A DNA stretch of 64,000 nt from Candidatus Cloacimonadales bacterium (GTDB lineage: Bacteria > Cloacimonadota > Cloacimonadia > Cloacimonadales > JAIOQZ01), in the NCBI GenBank assembly GCA_963662655.2, contig CAXXTU010000002.1, positions 1,952,001 to 2,016,000 of the forward strand, written 5' to 3'. The notes under the pieces were generated by a model. It had not been told where the DNA came from, made no database searches, and was given only the letters and a program-made list of their open reading frames with translations. This document shows, in pieces, positions 1-10,594 of the stretch. How positions within the stretch are numbered: position 1 is the first letter of the stretch; the number at the start of each line of letters is the position of its first letter. Both the position numbers and the translations under genes were made by a program.

Positions 1-1604
1 TTTCCGTTATCGTCGGTTCCATGCCACATTACCTGATGGCTTCCCGCGCCAAAACGCTCGTTGCAAAGCGTGGTCACTTTCTGACCGCGAATGTTGAAGA
101 CATCCACGCGAGCGTTTCCATCCTCTGGAAGCGTGAACGAAATTGTAGTTTCAGGATTGAACGGATTCGGATAGCATCTCGTATCCAGCATCGGAACGGA
201 CACCTCTTCCCCGTCGGTAGCTTCAGTTAAAGTGACCTTTACGTCATCGATCTTGAGATAATACATATCCGTCACTTCGCAGTGCTCGAACGCAATATAG
301 ACGTTTTCTCCGGCATAGTCTTCGAGAGACAGCTGAACCATGTGCCAAGCGCTCGAAGCGACGGTCCAGTCGTAGATCGTCTCCGTGAAATCTTCCATTT
401 CGGTTCCGGTGGTCGATACCTTCACATAATAATGCTCGTTCGGCCAGTCGGAATCTTGAGGCTGCACCCAGAACCGCAAGTATGCGATATCGTCCGAGGG
501 CAACGCAATCGCTGGAGTTATAAGCCAGTTGTCCGGGGTAAGTGGACCTATGTCATTGATGTAGGATGCCGAACATGCGCAATAGCTGCCATTGTGAGCA
601 TCGAAATTCGAGTCGTTGATCTGCCAGTTGTAATTATCTCCATCCGCATCGTAGATTGTCCAGGTAGTGGGGATTTGATGCCCCTCGAAGCTCTCGTAGA
701 ACAAGATGTCGGCAGGCAGGCTCGGTATGGCCTGAACCGTCTCGGAAGGTACGGATTCCTCGCCTTCGTAAACAGCCGTAACGTAATAATTATAGGTCAG
801 GTTGTTCGTTACGTTTGTGTCGAGATAATAAGGAGTCTGAAGAAGTTCAGCATTCAGTAATACACTGTTTCGGTAAACCCGGTAGCCAATCTGATTACGA
901 TTGTCTTGCGGCAGCGGCTCTGTCAATGGAGCTCTCATTACATGGTTTGCAAGCTCGACCGGGTGATGGTTCAGCGGCATCTTGCGCGCCTGTAACGAAG
1001 AGAATCCATCCGCTGCAAACCACAGATCCATGAGGAAATCGCCGTCGGCAGGATCGTCGGTGATCGCATAATCGTTATTCACATTCACTACGTATGAGAG
1101 AGCGTCCGGTGATGGATCGCAATCGATCACCGGGTAAGCATCCGTCGATGAGTTGCTGAGCGGCTCCATGAATATCCCAACCAGGTCGGCACCATTCAAC
1201 GAGCCAAGATCGATCCCCTCTTCCCAAGCATCGTTCACGGTTGTACTGAGATTCTCCAACACGTCGATCACGTCGCCGGTTATCCAGTTGACGATGTGAA
1301 GGTTGTAGTTATGAGGTCCCATGATATCGAAAGACGAATGACGGAAGTCCAGTTTGCGAAGAACCGGATTCTCGTAATCCGACAGATCGAAAACGGTGCC
1401 GTATCCCTGGCCATAAGTCTGGAAATAGGCATTGTAGGGATTATCGTCGTGGTAAAACAACTCGGTGGTTCCATCGATAATGGGAGCTTCCCATGTGAGG
1501 GTCACCAAGGCGTTTCCGGGTTCAGCTACTAGATTTCGCGGCGGATTGACGGCTTGAAGCAAGAGCGCTACAAGCATCAACATTATAAATAACACCTTTT
1601 TCAT
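1..1604 (-). CDS. Secreted adhesin-like protein: FN3 + cleaved-adhesin (choice-of-anchor J-like) + C-terminal FlgD-Ig/T9SS-like sorting domain; 3' end truncated by the window edge
   Basis: Not in the ORF track; translated manually from ATG 1604 (RBS AAGGAGG): MKKVLFIMLMLVALL signal peptide, NPPRNLVAEPGNALVTLTWEAP (FN3), YESFEG..WTIYDADGD..TPDNWLITP (cleaved adhesin), CYPNPFNPETTISF..FNIRGQKV..WHGTDDNG. Confidence 0.85.
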   Translation of the reverse strand, partial: MKKVLFIMLMLVALLLQAVNPPRNLVAEPGNALVTLTWEAPIIDGTTELFYHDDNPYNAYFQTYGQGYGTVFDLSDYENPVLRKLDFRHSSFDIMGPHNYNLHIVNWITGDVIDVLENLSTTVNDAWEEGIDLGSLNGADLVGIFMEPLSNSSTDAYPVIDCDPSPDALSYVVNVNNDYAITDDPADGDFLMDLWFAADGFSSLQARKMPLNHHPVELANHVMRAPLTEPLPQDNRNQIGYRVYRNSVLLNAELLQTPYYLDTNVTNNLTYNYYVTAVYEGEESVPSETVQAIPSLPADILFYESFEGHQIPTTWTIYDADGDNYNWQINDSNFDAHNGSYCACSASYINDIGPLTPDNWLITPAIALPSDDIAYLRFWVQPQDSDWPNEHYYVKVSTTGTEMEDFTETIYDWTVASSAWHMVQLSLEDYAGENVYIAFEHCEVTDMYYLKIDDVKVTLTEATDGEEVSVPMLDTRCYPNPFNPETTISFTLPEDGNARVDVFNIRGQKVTTLCNERFGAGSHQVMWHGTDDNG

Positions 1605-1642
1605 AAATCCTCCTTGAAGATTCTATTTTATTTTTATGTATA

Positions 1643-2752
1643 TCATTGCTGCCGTATCAATTCGTTTTCTAATCCCAACTCCTTCTGAATTATCAGAATG
1701 TTCTTCCTGAGATTCGGGATGATCGGTACACCCTCCTTGCGTACTCTGATTTCATTCTCATACTCCTTCTCACCCGCTACATAAACTCGCTGTTCACCCT
1801 TTGACAGCTTAGAGCTCTGAAGTTGCCGCATGATTTCGCCCGTCGTCCTGCGGAACGACTCGACATCCGTAAAGAAGCTCACGTCGATTGCCAGAAAGAA
1901 GTGGCCCAGAGCATGAGGAATGCGCTTCTCGTTCTCGTCGAATCCTCGCAAATCCTTCAGGAACGCACCGCTCTGGAGCGATGCACAGAGTATCTCGACC
2001 ATCGTTGCCAGGCCATATCCCTTGTGCCCGCCCATCAGCTCGCCGATCCCTCCGAGAGGAACGAGCGCTGCGTCTTTCTTGATCAGATCGACCAGTAACC
2101 TGGGGGTATCCGTGTACGGCTCGCCGTTCGCATCGATAGCCCAACCGTAAGGCGTCTCCTTCTCTTCGCGATCGAGCACTTCGATCTTCCCACGCTGACT
2201 AATCGATGTCGCGGCATCGAAGAGGAAGGGGAAATCCATATCCGAAGGCGCACCAAAGCATATCGGATTCGTTCCGAGCATGGGCGTCGTCCCAAACGTC
2301 GGAGCGATGGAGGGACGCGCATTGGTAAATGTTATGCCAATCATGTCGCGCTCGATGGCAAGCTTGGCGTAGTAACCGGCTATACCGTAGTGGCTGGAAT
2401 TTCTCACGGTCACAATCCCGACGCCATAGTTTCCGGCCTTCTCGATAGCCTTGAGCATCGCCCGTTTGCCGATAACATGCCCCATGCCGTGGTTTCCGTC
2501 CCAAACAGCCGTCGCGCCCTTATCGCGAATGACATCGATATCCGTTTCCGGCTTGAGTATCCCTTCCCGAATGCGATCGAAATACATCTTCAACCGGCCT
2601 ATTCCGTGCGATTCGATTCCATGCAGATCAGAAGTAATGAGCACTTCTGCACAGATAGCGGCCTCGTCTTCCGGAACGCCGAGTTTCGTGAAAACCTTGA
2701 TCATGAATGCCTGTAAAAGATCAACTGAAAGATACATTGTTTCTTTTCCCAT
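1643..2752 (-). CDS. Ldh_2 family (type 2 malate/L-lactate dehydrogenase-like) oxidoreductase
   Basis: SDLHGIESHG, RNSSHYG, LGTNPI, GGHKGYGL motifs. Confidence 0.9.
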   Translation of the reverse strand: MGKETMYLSVDLLQAFMIKVFTKLGVPEDEAAICAEVLITSDLHGIESHGIGRLKMYFDRIREGILKPETDIDVIRDKGATAVWDGNHGMGHVIGKRAMLKAIEKAGNYGVGIVTVRNSSHYGIAGYYAKLAIERDMIGITFTNARPSIAPTFGTTPMLGTNPICFGAPSDMDFPFLFDAATSISQRGKIEVLDREEKETPYGWAIDANGEPYTDTPRLLVDLIKKDAALVPLGGIGELMGGHKGYGLATMVEILCASLQSGAFLKDLRGFDENEKRIPHALGHFFLAIDVSFFTDVESFRRTTGEIMRQLQSSKLSKGEQRVYVAGEKEYENEIRVRKEGVPIIPNLRKNILIIQKELGLENELIRQQ

Positions 2753-2800
2753 TATTCCCTCTTATCACGATGAAGTCTACGTGTCAATAACTCTCTCGCA

Positions 2801-5800
2801 CTAAAATCGTAAAGATTTTTCCAGCATGATTTGATGCACCTGATGATGAATATCATCCTCGAGGCGATACGTATAACCGAGCTGGAATCGCCAAGGCAGA
2901 TCGTAACGAACGGTAAAGTCGTGAGATAAGCTCATCCTCGTACGTTCGATATCCGTAGTTTTTTCTACCAGAAATTCATAATCGACAAATAAATTTCTTG
3001 TAAGATATTTACCCAGACGAACGGACAGATCGTTCAGGAGAATTCCGCTGAATCGAGCCATACCGCTCTCCTCTTCAACGGGTTCGGGCTCGTTGATGTG
3101 CGAACCTGCATATTCGTAAAACAGGTTCCTGAAAATCCCGGGCCTTATGTAGAAATAGTCGAGATGCAAAAATTTCCGGAGGGTGTTCTCAATGGGCGAC
3201 AGGATCGGGTTCACGTAGATATTCTCAACACCCGCTCCCGCCATGTAGAGCGCTTCATCTTGAAAGAGGGCTTCCTGCTGCTGAGGAGTAACTTCATCGT
3301 GGCTTCTGCCGTATTTCAGCTTGGAGAGCATGCTCATGACGGTCTGATCGTTCGAATCGTCGCTGCTGAGCTGGAACTGAAGGTTTCCGATGATGTTTTT
3401 CATATCCTGATTTTGCGGCACGACATCCAGTGTGATCAAGGTTCCGTCGGCAGTCTTGTTGTACAGCGAGGCTTTGATTTTCACATCGTAGTCGCTCAAA
3501 CCGAGAATTTCTTCTCCCTTCTTGTCCATATACTGGTTTACCACCACCTCGACATAATCGACCTGGAAGGTTGACCCGAAAAGGTCCATCGTCCCCTGCT
3601 CCGAGGTAAACATCGCCTCTTTCACGAAGATGTACCGGTCCCAGAAGATCAAATGGAGAAAGCTGTCGGGATTCACCAGGAAGTTGCACGGATTCATGAC
3701 ATAGAAACAGTTATCGGTGAAATGAACCATCAAATCCATCGAGATGGGCACGCCGATACGTACGTACGGGGAGTGTCGGCGCTCCTCCTCAGTGTTCTTT
3801 CGCTTTCGCATCAGGACTTTGTCGTTGAGCCAGGAGCTCGTTTCCGTTCCGACGATATCAAGCAAACTTGTTACGTCCTCGGGATAGATCGCGCCGCCGT
3901 TGGAGGCGTATACGTCCCCCAGGATATGAATATCGTCGAATGGCCCCGTCACAACCGCCCGGTCTTCGTAGCGTCCCTTGATAACGGCGTTCGCAAGGGT
4001 GTTCTCGGGCATATACCACGGTATGGACGCCCATATTCCTTCGGGATCGGTGTAGGCGTAGATATAGCCCATCTGAAGCGTCCCCAGCACAAACTGATCT
4101 TCCGCGCCGATATCCCCGTTCTCGATGTGCAATCGGCCGGCTCCCTCGGTTCCCAAACTGAATTCCCTGATATCGAGGATGTTGTTCTCGATCTGCATAT
4201 CGATCTGTATGTCGCGAATCCTGGTATTGAAATAATCCGGCTTGATCGACCCATCTTTCAATCGAATCTCGCCCGTTTCGATGTTCAACTGCTCGTTGCG
4301 CAATCCAACCGTCAGATCCATGTGGGCGTTGGACTCGCCATGATGGAAGAACGAGAAACGATCCGAGAGCATTTTCAGGAAGTCTCCGTCGAAGCGAACC
4401 GACACGGTGCTGCTGTCGTCAAAGGCTTTCTCGCGAAGGAAATTGTATCCGATCGCCCCCCGAGCGCTCAGCGAATAGTACGGCGCATGCCCGGCGTAAA
4501 GTGTATCGATGCGAAGCCTGTGATTATCCTGGGTGGCGTCCACATAGAGAGAATCCGCCTGGAATCCGCCGTAATTCAGCTTACGTGCGCTCAGCTTCGT
4601 CTGGATGTAATCGTCGTCCTCCCGGAAACGGCATTTTACGCTTCCGGCGAGTATCCCCTGATGCCCCGGACTTTCGAACAAATCCTGCAGGTTGAGCTCG
4701 TCAATATCCAGCGAGACATCCACGGATGGTCTGGGACCAAGAAGAACATTCGCTTCACCCGAAGCCACCGGATGACCGACAGCCGCGATCTGGAACGGCT
4801 CGATCGCGACGCCGTCCTTTGTACCGTCGAATCTCAGCATCGTCGAAAGCGGCCTGGAATCTTCATACCGGAAATCCTTCAGTGTGAGCCATCCTCTCAC
4901 GCGATCCTTGTCACCCATGTTGTACGCGAAATCGAAATCGGCTTCCCCCTCGAATTTACGGGTCATGTAGTAGTTCATGAAGTACTCGAGATATTCCGGG
5001 ATGTCAACGCCCCTGCCCTTGATTCTGAATCCCAGATCGAACGAAGGCTCCAGCTTCATCCGCAACTCGATGCCGACATTCTCGTTCAAGCGGCAGTCCA
5101 GCGTGTGCAGGCTGTCCAGCGATCCGGCAGCGAGGAGGTGAAACTGAACCGGCTCGAAATTGTAAACACCGCTTCGGGTTCGGATATGCAGATAAGTTCT
5201 TTCGTGTAGAAGGTCGATGGCCGCGTTGGTAATCAAGAAGCCGTCCAGCATTCCGTAGCGCTCTTCGTACACGCGCAGACGTGAATCGAGCTGAACATTG
5301 TTGCGGTCCGCAGAGATATCGATGTTTCCGTTTATCGATGGAAAGTTTGTCGCCGAGGAATTCAGTGGAAGGTAGTCATTCAGGTCGAATCGCCTGAAGT
5401 GGAAATTCGATTCGACTTTTTCGAGCGCGATATCCGCATCAAGGTTTATTTCAAGGTGCTCCTTGCTATCCACAATCCTTGCTTCGAGGATCGAACCAGC
5501 AAGCGCAAGCTCCGCATGCATATCGGTGAAATTGACGTACTCGTTCTCAGCGCTCAATTTCGCTATTTCGGCATTCAGTTTTAACGGTTTCCCGGAGCTG
5601 TACACGAGTTTCGAGGCAACATCTCCAGTTAAACGGGTGTTCTCGTATTCGTACGCAAATGCCCTGGCGTTCAAGCGCATGTTCAGTTTGTTCGAAAACG
5701 ACCAGAATCCCTCGCCATCGATCGGATTGTCCCAAAGACTCATGCGATGGACGAGAAAGTGAATTCCATCCGAAGACATCCCGAGATCGACCAGGATGTT

Positions 5801-6880
5801 CTTGAGCGAGAATTTGCCGTAGGTCAAGGAATCCGAAGTAACGTCGGCAAACAGATTCACCCTTTCCGCGTCACCATTTAACCGGCCCTTAATGCCAAGA
5901 TATCCATCCAATTCGGGGATGTAGTGGCTCGCATCGATCGTGCCGCTGTAGGTTCCGTTGAGGGTGCGTTCCTGCTCGAACGGCTTGAATACAACGATCT
6001 CGGAGCGAACCGTGTCTCCGTTAATCGCAATATCATACGAGTGAACCGAGAGCGAATCGTTCGTACCGGTGAAACCGATGCTTCCTGCTCGCACGGTCTG
6101 TCCCTGGTAATCCACCGCGACATCCCGTAAATTTCCGTCAATATCCAGGCTGTGCTCTGTCAGATGCAGCCTGCTGTCGAGCCTGAAATCCAGCGTGTCC
6201 AGAACGGATATGTCAACCTGGTCGGGGCGATATCCCTTGATCGAGACGTCGGCGTTCAGGAACGTCCCCTTCTGCATCACGATGCTTCCGGTAAGGCTGA
6301 ACAATGAATCTCCTGCGACGATCCCGACCCTGCACAGCTCATCGTTTTGCGCGTCGACCCGGATTTTTCCGATGGTGTCCCTAGCGGTTACTTCATCGCT
6401 GAGATATTGATAGCAAACCGTGCCGTTTTCGAGAATCAGAGACTTGAAGTATCCGCTCAGATCGGGAATATTGGCGAGGATGTCCGCGATGGAAAGCTCT
6501 TCATCTTCCCCCACTGGCTTGTTCCCATCAATAATGAAATCGAAGCGTGGGTTGTAGATGGACACCTGCTGGACCACTCCGGGAATCTTGAAACCGGAGA
6601 AGAGCAGACGGCGCATTTTGTAGCTTATATAGACCTGCTCAATCGAAAGGCGCATGTTGCGCGCTTTCCAGTCGAAGGTGAGACCGGTGATGTTCATCTG
6701 CCGGTCGTCGAGGGTCAGTCCCTCCATCGTCACATCGGCTTCGAGCGATCGTTCGAGACGGGCGGTCATCTTGTCCCGCACCACCAGATCGACGTCGATC
6801 ACGCGAAAGACGATGAACGCCGCCAGATTGATCAGAAAGAGAATCGCCACCACGATGGGCAGCCATTTTTTGTATTTCAT
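2801..6880 (-). CDS. AsmA/TamB-like translocation and assembly module protein
   Basis: 1359 aa; N-terminal TM anchor; repetitive beta-rich body; C-terminal beta-strands (VRLGKYLTRNLFVDY...KSLRF). Confidence 0.65.
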   Translation of the reverse strand: MKYKKWLPIVVAILFLINLAAFIVFRVIDVDLVVRDKMTARLERSLEADVTMEGLTLDDRQMNITGLTFDWKARNMRLSIEQVYISYKMRRLLFSGFKIPGVVQQVSIYNPRFDFIIDGNKPVGEDEELSIADILANIPDLSGYFKSLILENGTVCYQYLSDEVTARDTIGKIRVDAQNDELCRVGIVAGDSLFSLTGSIVMQKGTFLNADVSIKGYRPDQVDISVLDTLDFRLDSRLHLTEHSLDIDGNLRDVAVDYQGQTVRAGSIGFTGTNDSLSVHSYDIAINGDTVRSEIVVFKPFEQERTLNGTYSGTIDASHYIPELDGYLGIKGRLNGDAERVNLFADVTSDSLTYGKFSLKNILVDLGMSSDGIHFLVHRMSLWDNPIDGEGFWSFSNKLNMRLNARAFAYEYENTRLTGDVASKLVYSSGKPLKLNAEIAKLSAENEYVNFTDMHAELALAGSILEARIVDSKEHLEINLDADIALEKVESNFHFRRFDLNDYLPLNSSATNFPSINGNIDISADRNNVQLDSRLRVYEERYGMLDGFLITNAAIDLLHERTYLHIRTRSGVYNFEPVQFHLLAAGSLDSLHTLDCRLNENVGIELRMKLEPSFDLGFRIKGRGVDIPEYLEYFMNYYMTRKFEGEADFDFAYNMGDKDRVRGWLTLKDFRYEDSRPLSTMLRFDGTKDGVAIEPFQIAAVGHPVASGEANVLLGPRPSVDVSLDIDELNLQDLFESPGHQGILAGSVKCRFREDDDYIQTKLSARKLNYGGFQADSLYVDATQDNHRLRIDTLYAGHAPYYSLSARGAIGYNFLREKAFDDSSTVSVRFDGDFLKMLSDRFSFFHHGESNAHMDLTVGLRNEQLNIETGEIRLKDGSIKPDYFNTRIRDIQIDMQIENNILDIREFSLGTEGAGRLHIENGDIGAEDQFVLGTLQMGYIYAYTDPEGIWASIPWYMPENTLANAVIKGRYEDRAVVTGPFDDIHILGDVYASNGGAIYPEDVTSLLDIVGTETSSWLNDKVLMRKRKNTEEERRHSPYVRIGVPISMDLMVHFTDNCFYVMNPCNFLVNPDSFLHLIFWDRYIFVKEAMFTSEQGTMDLFGSTFQVDYVEVVVNQYMDKKGEEILGLSDYDVKIKASLYNKTADGTLITLDVVPQNQDMKNIIGNLQFQLSSDDSNDQTVMSMLSKLKYGRSHDEVTPQQQEALFQDEALYMAGAGVENIYVNPILSPIENTLRKFLHLDYFYIRPGIFRNLFYEYAGSHINEPEPVEEESGMARFSGILLNDLSVRLGKYLTRNLFVDYEFLVEKTTDIERTRMSLSHDFTVRYDLPWRFQLGYTYRLEDDIHHQVHQIMLEKSLRF

Positions 6881-6892
6881 ACCCGCAACAGG

Positions 6893-7564
6893 TTACGGTT
6901 GCAAAACCAGTGTTCCGTCTGTAAGCACATAGTGCCGGTGCATGCGCTGTGCGATGCCGAGGTTATGGGTCACGATCACGAACGTCTGCCCGATTTCCCT
7001 GTTCAAACGCACGATCAGATTAACGACTTCGTCGCTGTGGCGGGGATCGAGATTACCCGTGGGTTCATCCGCAAAGACGATCGCAGGCTGATTGATAATC
7101 GCCCTGGCGATCGCTATGCGCTGAAGCTCTCCGCCGCTCAACTGGTTCGGGTAATGATCGGCTCGCTGCTCCACTTCAAGCATCCGCATGAGCTCCAACC
7201 CGCGCTTGTTCGCGTCCTTGCGATTCATGCCACCGATCAGCGCAGGAATCACGACGTTCTCGTGCGCAGTGAAATCCTCGAGCAAGTAGTGGAATTGAAA
7301 CACAAAGCCGATCTTCCGATTCCGGAACTGCGCAATGCGGCGGTCACCGGTTCTCAGTTCCTTGCCTTCGTACACGATCTTCCCGCCGTCTGGCTGATCG
7401 AGCAACCCGAGAATATGTAGCAGCGTGCTCTTCCCGCAGCCTGATTCTCCGGTTATGGCGATCATCTTACCCGTTTCGATCTCCAGATTTACATCTCGCA
7501 GCACTTCGAGCGTGCCTGCGGACTCGCGATAACTCTTTCGAATATGTTCTACGCTCAGTAGCAT
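6893..7564 (-). CDS. lolD: Lipoprotein-releasing ABC transporter ATP-binding protein
   Basis: GESGCGKST, GFVFQFHYLL, LSGGELQR, ADEPTGNLD; adjacent to a LolC/E-type permease. Confidence 0.85.
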   Translation of the reverse strand: MLLSVEHIRKSYRESAGTLEVLRDVNLEIETGKMIAITGESGCGKSTLLHILGLLDQPDGGKIVYEGKELRTGDRRIAQFRNRKIGFVFQFHYLLEDFTAHENVVIPALIGGMNRKDANKRGLELMRMLEVEQRADHYPNQLSGGELQRIAIARAIINQPAIVFADEPTGNLDPRHSDEVVNLIVRLNREIGQTFVIVTHNLGIAQRMHRHYVLTDGTLVLQP

Positions 7565-7572
7565 CGTTACTC

Positions 7573-8853
7573 CTATTTACCCGGCGAATTCCGAAGAATC
7601 TCGGTCACATTCATCGATTCGATTTTTCTGAGGGGAAACAGCGCCGTAACGAGGACAATCAGCATCGCCACCGCGAAAACCATCGCCCAAACCTCCACGC
7701 TGTAACTCACGTTCAGCTTTTCCAGGAAGTAGACGTCGCCTTTCAACCGGTAGATGGTTTGATGGTACAAGAGCTGCCCCAGCAAGTAGCCGAGAACCTC
7801 GCCGATCAAAACGGCAACGGCGGACATGAACAGCGCTCTCCCGAGGAAAATCCGCTTGATCATTCCCGAAGTCGCCCCGTAAGCCTTCAGAATGCCGATA
7901 TCTCGCTTGCGCTCCAGGATCGAAGTCAGAATACCGCTCACGACGTTGAATGACGCGATCAACACCATGAAGCTCATGATGATGAAGAGTATCCATTTCT
8001 CGAGCGTTATCAGCGTAAACAGATTTCCGTTGTAAAACACCCACGACACGATCCGGAACGATCCCGGGTATTCGGACATCTCCGCGCGCATGTGCTCGTT
8101 CAGCTCGTCCTCCCAGCGGGAAGCGAGGATATCCGCGTCATCAATGAACGCGTCGCCGAGCTTGACCTCCACCCAGGAGAATTCCTGCGGATTGAGCGTG
8201 AACTGCGCGGCGGCCTCGAGATTCATGATCAGGTAAGCGCTGTCGTACTCGTACATGCCCGATTCGTATACACCTGCGATACGAAACCGGGCAGTTTTCT
8301 GCTTCAGGCCCATCGGCGTTATTCGACTGTGCAACGGACTGATAACCTTCAGCGTATCGCCGATGCTCAGTCCGAGTTCGCGCATCAGTTTGACGCCGAT
8401 CACCGCCTCCCGGTCGTTCTCCAGTCGCGAGCGACCTTCCTTCACGTAACGATGGTATTCCGTGGGAAGATTCTCGTTGGCGGAGTCGATTCCGCGAAGG
8501 GTAATGCCTTTGGTCTTTTTTCCGTGAACAGCCATCGCTTGCGCGGAAATGGCTGCGTCGAGCGCTTCGATCTCGGGCCTGTCCTTGAAAAAGTCCTTTA
8601 TTTCGTTCAGATCAGCGCCGGTGATATCCGTGTTTCCGAACCTGAAGATATAGCAATGCGAGTTCACACCGAGAATGACGTTCTTCAGCGCATTCTCGTA
8701 ACCCGTGAACAAGGCGAAAGCGGTCATCAACGCTGCGACGGATATGATGATTCCGCTGAACATATAAAGCGAATCCATTTTGCCGGACAGCCTTCGCCGT
8801 GACAGGAACTCCCGTTCGATGTAGTAATTCACAAATTTTCCCATGTTAATCAT
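7573..8853 (-). CDS. LolC/LolE-like (FtsX/MacB family) ABC permease
   Basis: N-terminal TM, periplasmic domain (GVYESGMYEYD), KRDIGILKAYGAT, C-terminal TMs; start may be 8844. Confidence 0.85.
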   Translation of the reverse strand: MINMGKFVNYYIEREFLSRRRLSGKMDSLYMFSGIIISVAALMTAFALFTGYENALKNVILGVNSHCYIFRFGNTDITGADLNEIKDFFKDRPEIEALDAAISAQAMAVHGKKTKGITLRGIDSANENLPTEYHRYVKEGRSRLENDREAVIGVKLMRELGLSIGDTLKVISPLHSRITPMGLKQKTARFRIAGVYESGMYEYDSAYLIMNLEAAAQFTLNPQEFSWVEVKLGDAFIDDADILASRWEDELNEHMRAEMSEYPGSFRIVSWVFYNGNLFTLITLEKWILFIIMSFMVLIASFNVVSGILTSILERKRDIGILKAYGATSGMIKRIFLGRALFMSAVAVLIGEVLGYLLGQLLYHQTIYRLKGDVYFLEKLNVSYSVEVWAMVFAVAMLIVLVTALFPLRKIESMNVTEILRNSPGK

Positions 8854-8964
8854 TTGATTTCGAGTGTCATGATTCTGTCAACAATTGAATAATCCCTGAA
8901 TTGCAAAAGATCGCTCGAAGCAACAGTTCGTGTCGTTCGATGCCCATATTTCCAAGCTCGAGCA

Positions 8965-8997
8965 TAAAAAAACAAGGCGACTTTTGAGCCGCCTTGT
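8965..8997 (-). terminator. Intrinsic terminator
   Basis: ACAAGGCG/CGCCTTGT stem followed by a U-run on the minus strand, just after the stop at 9019. Confidence 0.7.
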
Positions 8998-9018
8998 CGA
9001 GTTACTGTAAAGTATTAC

Positions 9019-9378
9019 TTATTTCAGAATGACAAACTTTTTCACAGACGTAAACTTCGATTTACCCGCGATATCACAAGAATACTTTCCAGAAGGAAGT
9101 ATCTCTCCTGCATCATTCTTTCCTTCCCATACGAACTGATGGTAACCGGCGCTAAGGAGTCCGGCGTAAATGTGCCGAACGACTGTTCCCTGGCAATCCG
9201 AAATTACTATTTCCGCTGCAATCGAATGGGATACATTCACTGTAATGACAGTTTCTGTACTGAAAGGGTTAGGCGAGATATCCAATCCAACAACAACCAA
9301 TTCCCCTCTCAATTCGACTGCATGAAGCATCGAACCTATGAGAAAGGTTAATACCAACAATGCCAATATTCGTCTCAT
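9019..9378 (-). CDS. Small secreted protein consisting of a stand-alone FlgD-Ig/T9SS-like sorting domain
   Basis: AGGAGG RBS before ATG 9378; signal peptide MRRILALLV; ISPNPFSTETVI..WEGKNDAGEILPSGKY..VKKFVILK. Confidence 0.75.
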   Translation of the reverse strand: MRRILALLVLTFLIGSMLHAVELRGELVVVGLDISPNPFSTETVITVNVSHSIAAEIVISDCQGTVVRHIYAGLLSAGYHQFVWEGKNDAGEILPSGKYSCDIAGKSKFTSVKKFVILK

Positions 9379-9465
9379 CTTAACCTCCTGAGATTTACCG
9401 TTTTCTTTTTCATATAATAAGTGCAATAATTATTCCATTTCCACAGGAATCAAGTCTTTGACCGT

Positions 9466-10419
9466 CTATTCCTTTGGAAATGTAGGCAGGTCTCGCTGAG
9501 CGCATAAATTCACACACCCCAATAACGCTGCCTGATTGCCATATTTTGCCTTTTCAATACATAGATTCTCGCGAATTTCTGGCAAGAGAAATTTTAAAAT
9601 TCCTTCGCGGAGTTTCTCAAAGGGATAGATGTCGATATCCGCGACACCGCCCCCGATCAGCAAAACATCTATATCCAGCAACGTCACGGCGTTAGCAATG
9701 GACAGCGCGAGGAACTCCACAGACTCACCGACCACATGATTGACGCGCTCGTTTACAGCAGCCAGCTTCAATGCCTGGAGTACCGTCAGGTTGTTTATTT
9801 TGTTTACAGCCGGATCGTTTACATCGGACAATACCTCCACGCTTCGATCCACGATGGCTGTCGCAGAACTGTAGGCCTCCACGCATCCGTGCTTCCCGCA
9901 TTTGCACAGGCGACCACCCGGTATGACAACCGTGTGCCCCAGCTCCATCGACATGTAATTCACGCCGCGGTAAATCTGGTTCCCGATCACGAGACCGCTT
10001 CCGATGCCCGTCCCGATCGTGATCCCGAGCAGCGATTTCTGATAATCGAAGCGCGACGCCTCCCCGTAGGCCATCAGGTTCGCGTCGTTCTCCATGAAAA
10101 CTGGCACCCCGAAAATCCTCTTCAAGAAAGCCGCCGGAGCCGCGCCTTTCCAGTGCGGCAGGTTGGGCGAATACCCCGTTACAACGCCCCTGTCCGAGTC
10201 GATCGTTCCCGGCGAGCCCATGGCGATTGCGCTTACCTTGCGACCGGCCTTGTCGTGGATCACACGTATCGCCTTCTCGAGCGATCCGTACATACCCTCC
10301 AGCGTTTTATCCGTCACAGGCATCTTGTCATGCCACAGGATCCCATCATCCGGATCGCCGTAGCCGAATTTCATGAACGAACCACCGATGTCGATGGCTC
10401 CATATATCCTCTGTTCCAA
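9466..10419 (-). CDS. ROK family sugar kinase (glucokinase-like)
   Basis: IDIGGS, ENDAN, GTGIGSG, ELGH..CKCGKHGCVEAYSS. Confidence 0.9.
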   Translation of the reverse strand: MEQRIYGAIDIGGSFMKFGYGDPDDGILWHDKMPVTDKTLEGMYGSLEKAIRVIHDKAGRKVSAIAMGSPGTIDSDRGVVTGYSPNLPHWKGAAPAAFLKRIFGVPVFMENDANLMAYGEASRFDYQKSLLGITIGTGIGSGLVIGNQIYRGVNYMSMELGHTVVIPGGRLCKCGKHGCVEAYSSATAIVDRSVEVLSDVNDPAVNKINNLTVLQALKLAAVNERVNHVVGESVEFLALSIANAVTLLDIDVLLIGGGVADIDIYPFEKLREGILKFLLPEIRENLCIEKAKYGNQAALLGCVNLCAQRDLPTFPKE

Positions 10420-10594
10420 AAAGTATCCTCCGAAAGTCTTGTTGCTTTGTCATATAATGATTGATCCTCCTTGCAGTCAATCCAAATTGCACGGCGCGAA
10501 CAAAAAAATAATTGACGGTATGAAATTTTTTTTGTTGACGAAATATTACTTCGTGGAGAAATTTATTTATCGAATGAATCTTTGGGAGGATATT

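Noticed and set aside
3653..5209. Long antisense ORFs (this 518-aa ORF and similar ones at 25287-26600, 43323-44819, 52927-54330 and 62973-63989)
   Set aside because: They are shadow frames opposite well-supported genes, with no recognisable motifs.
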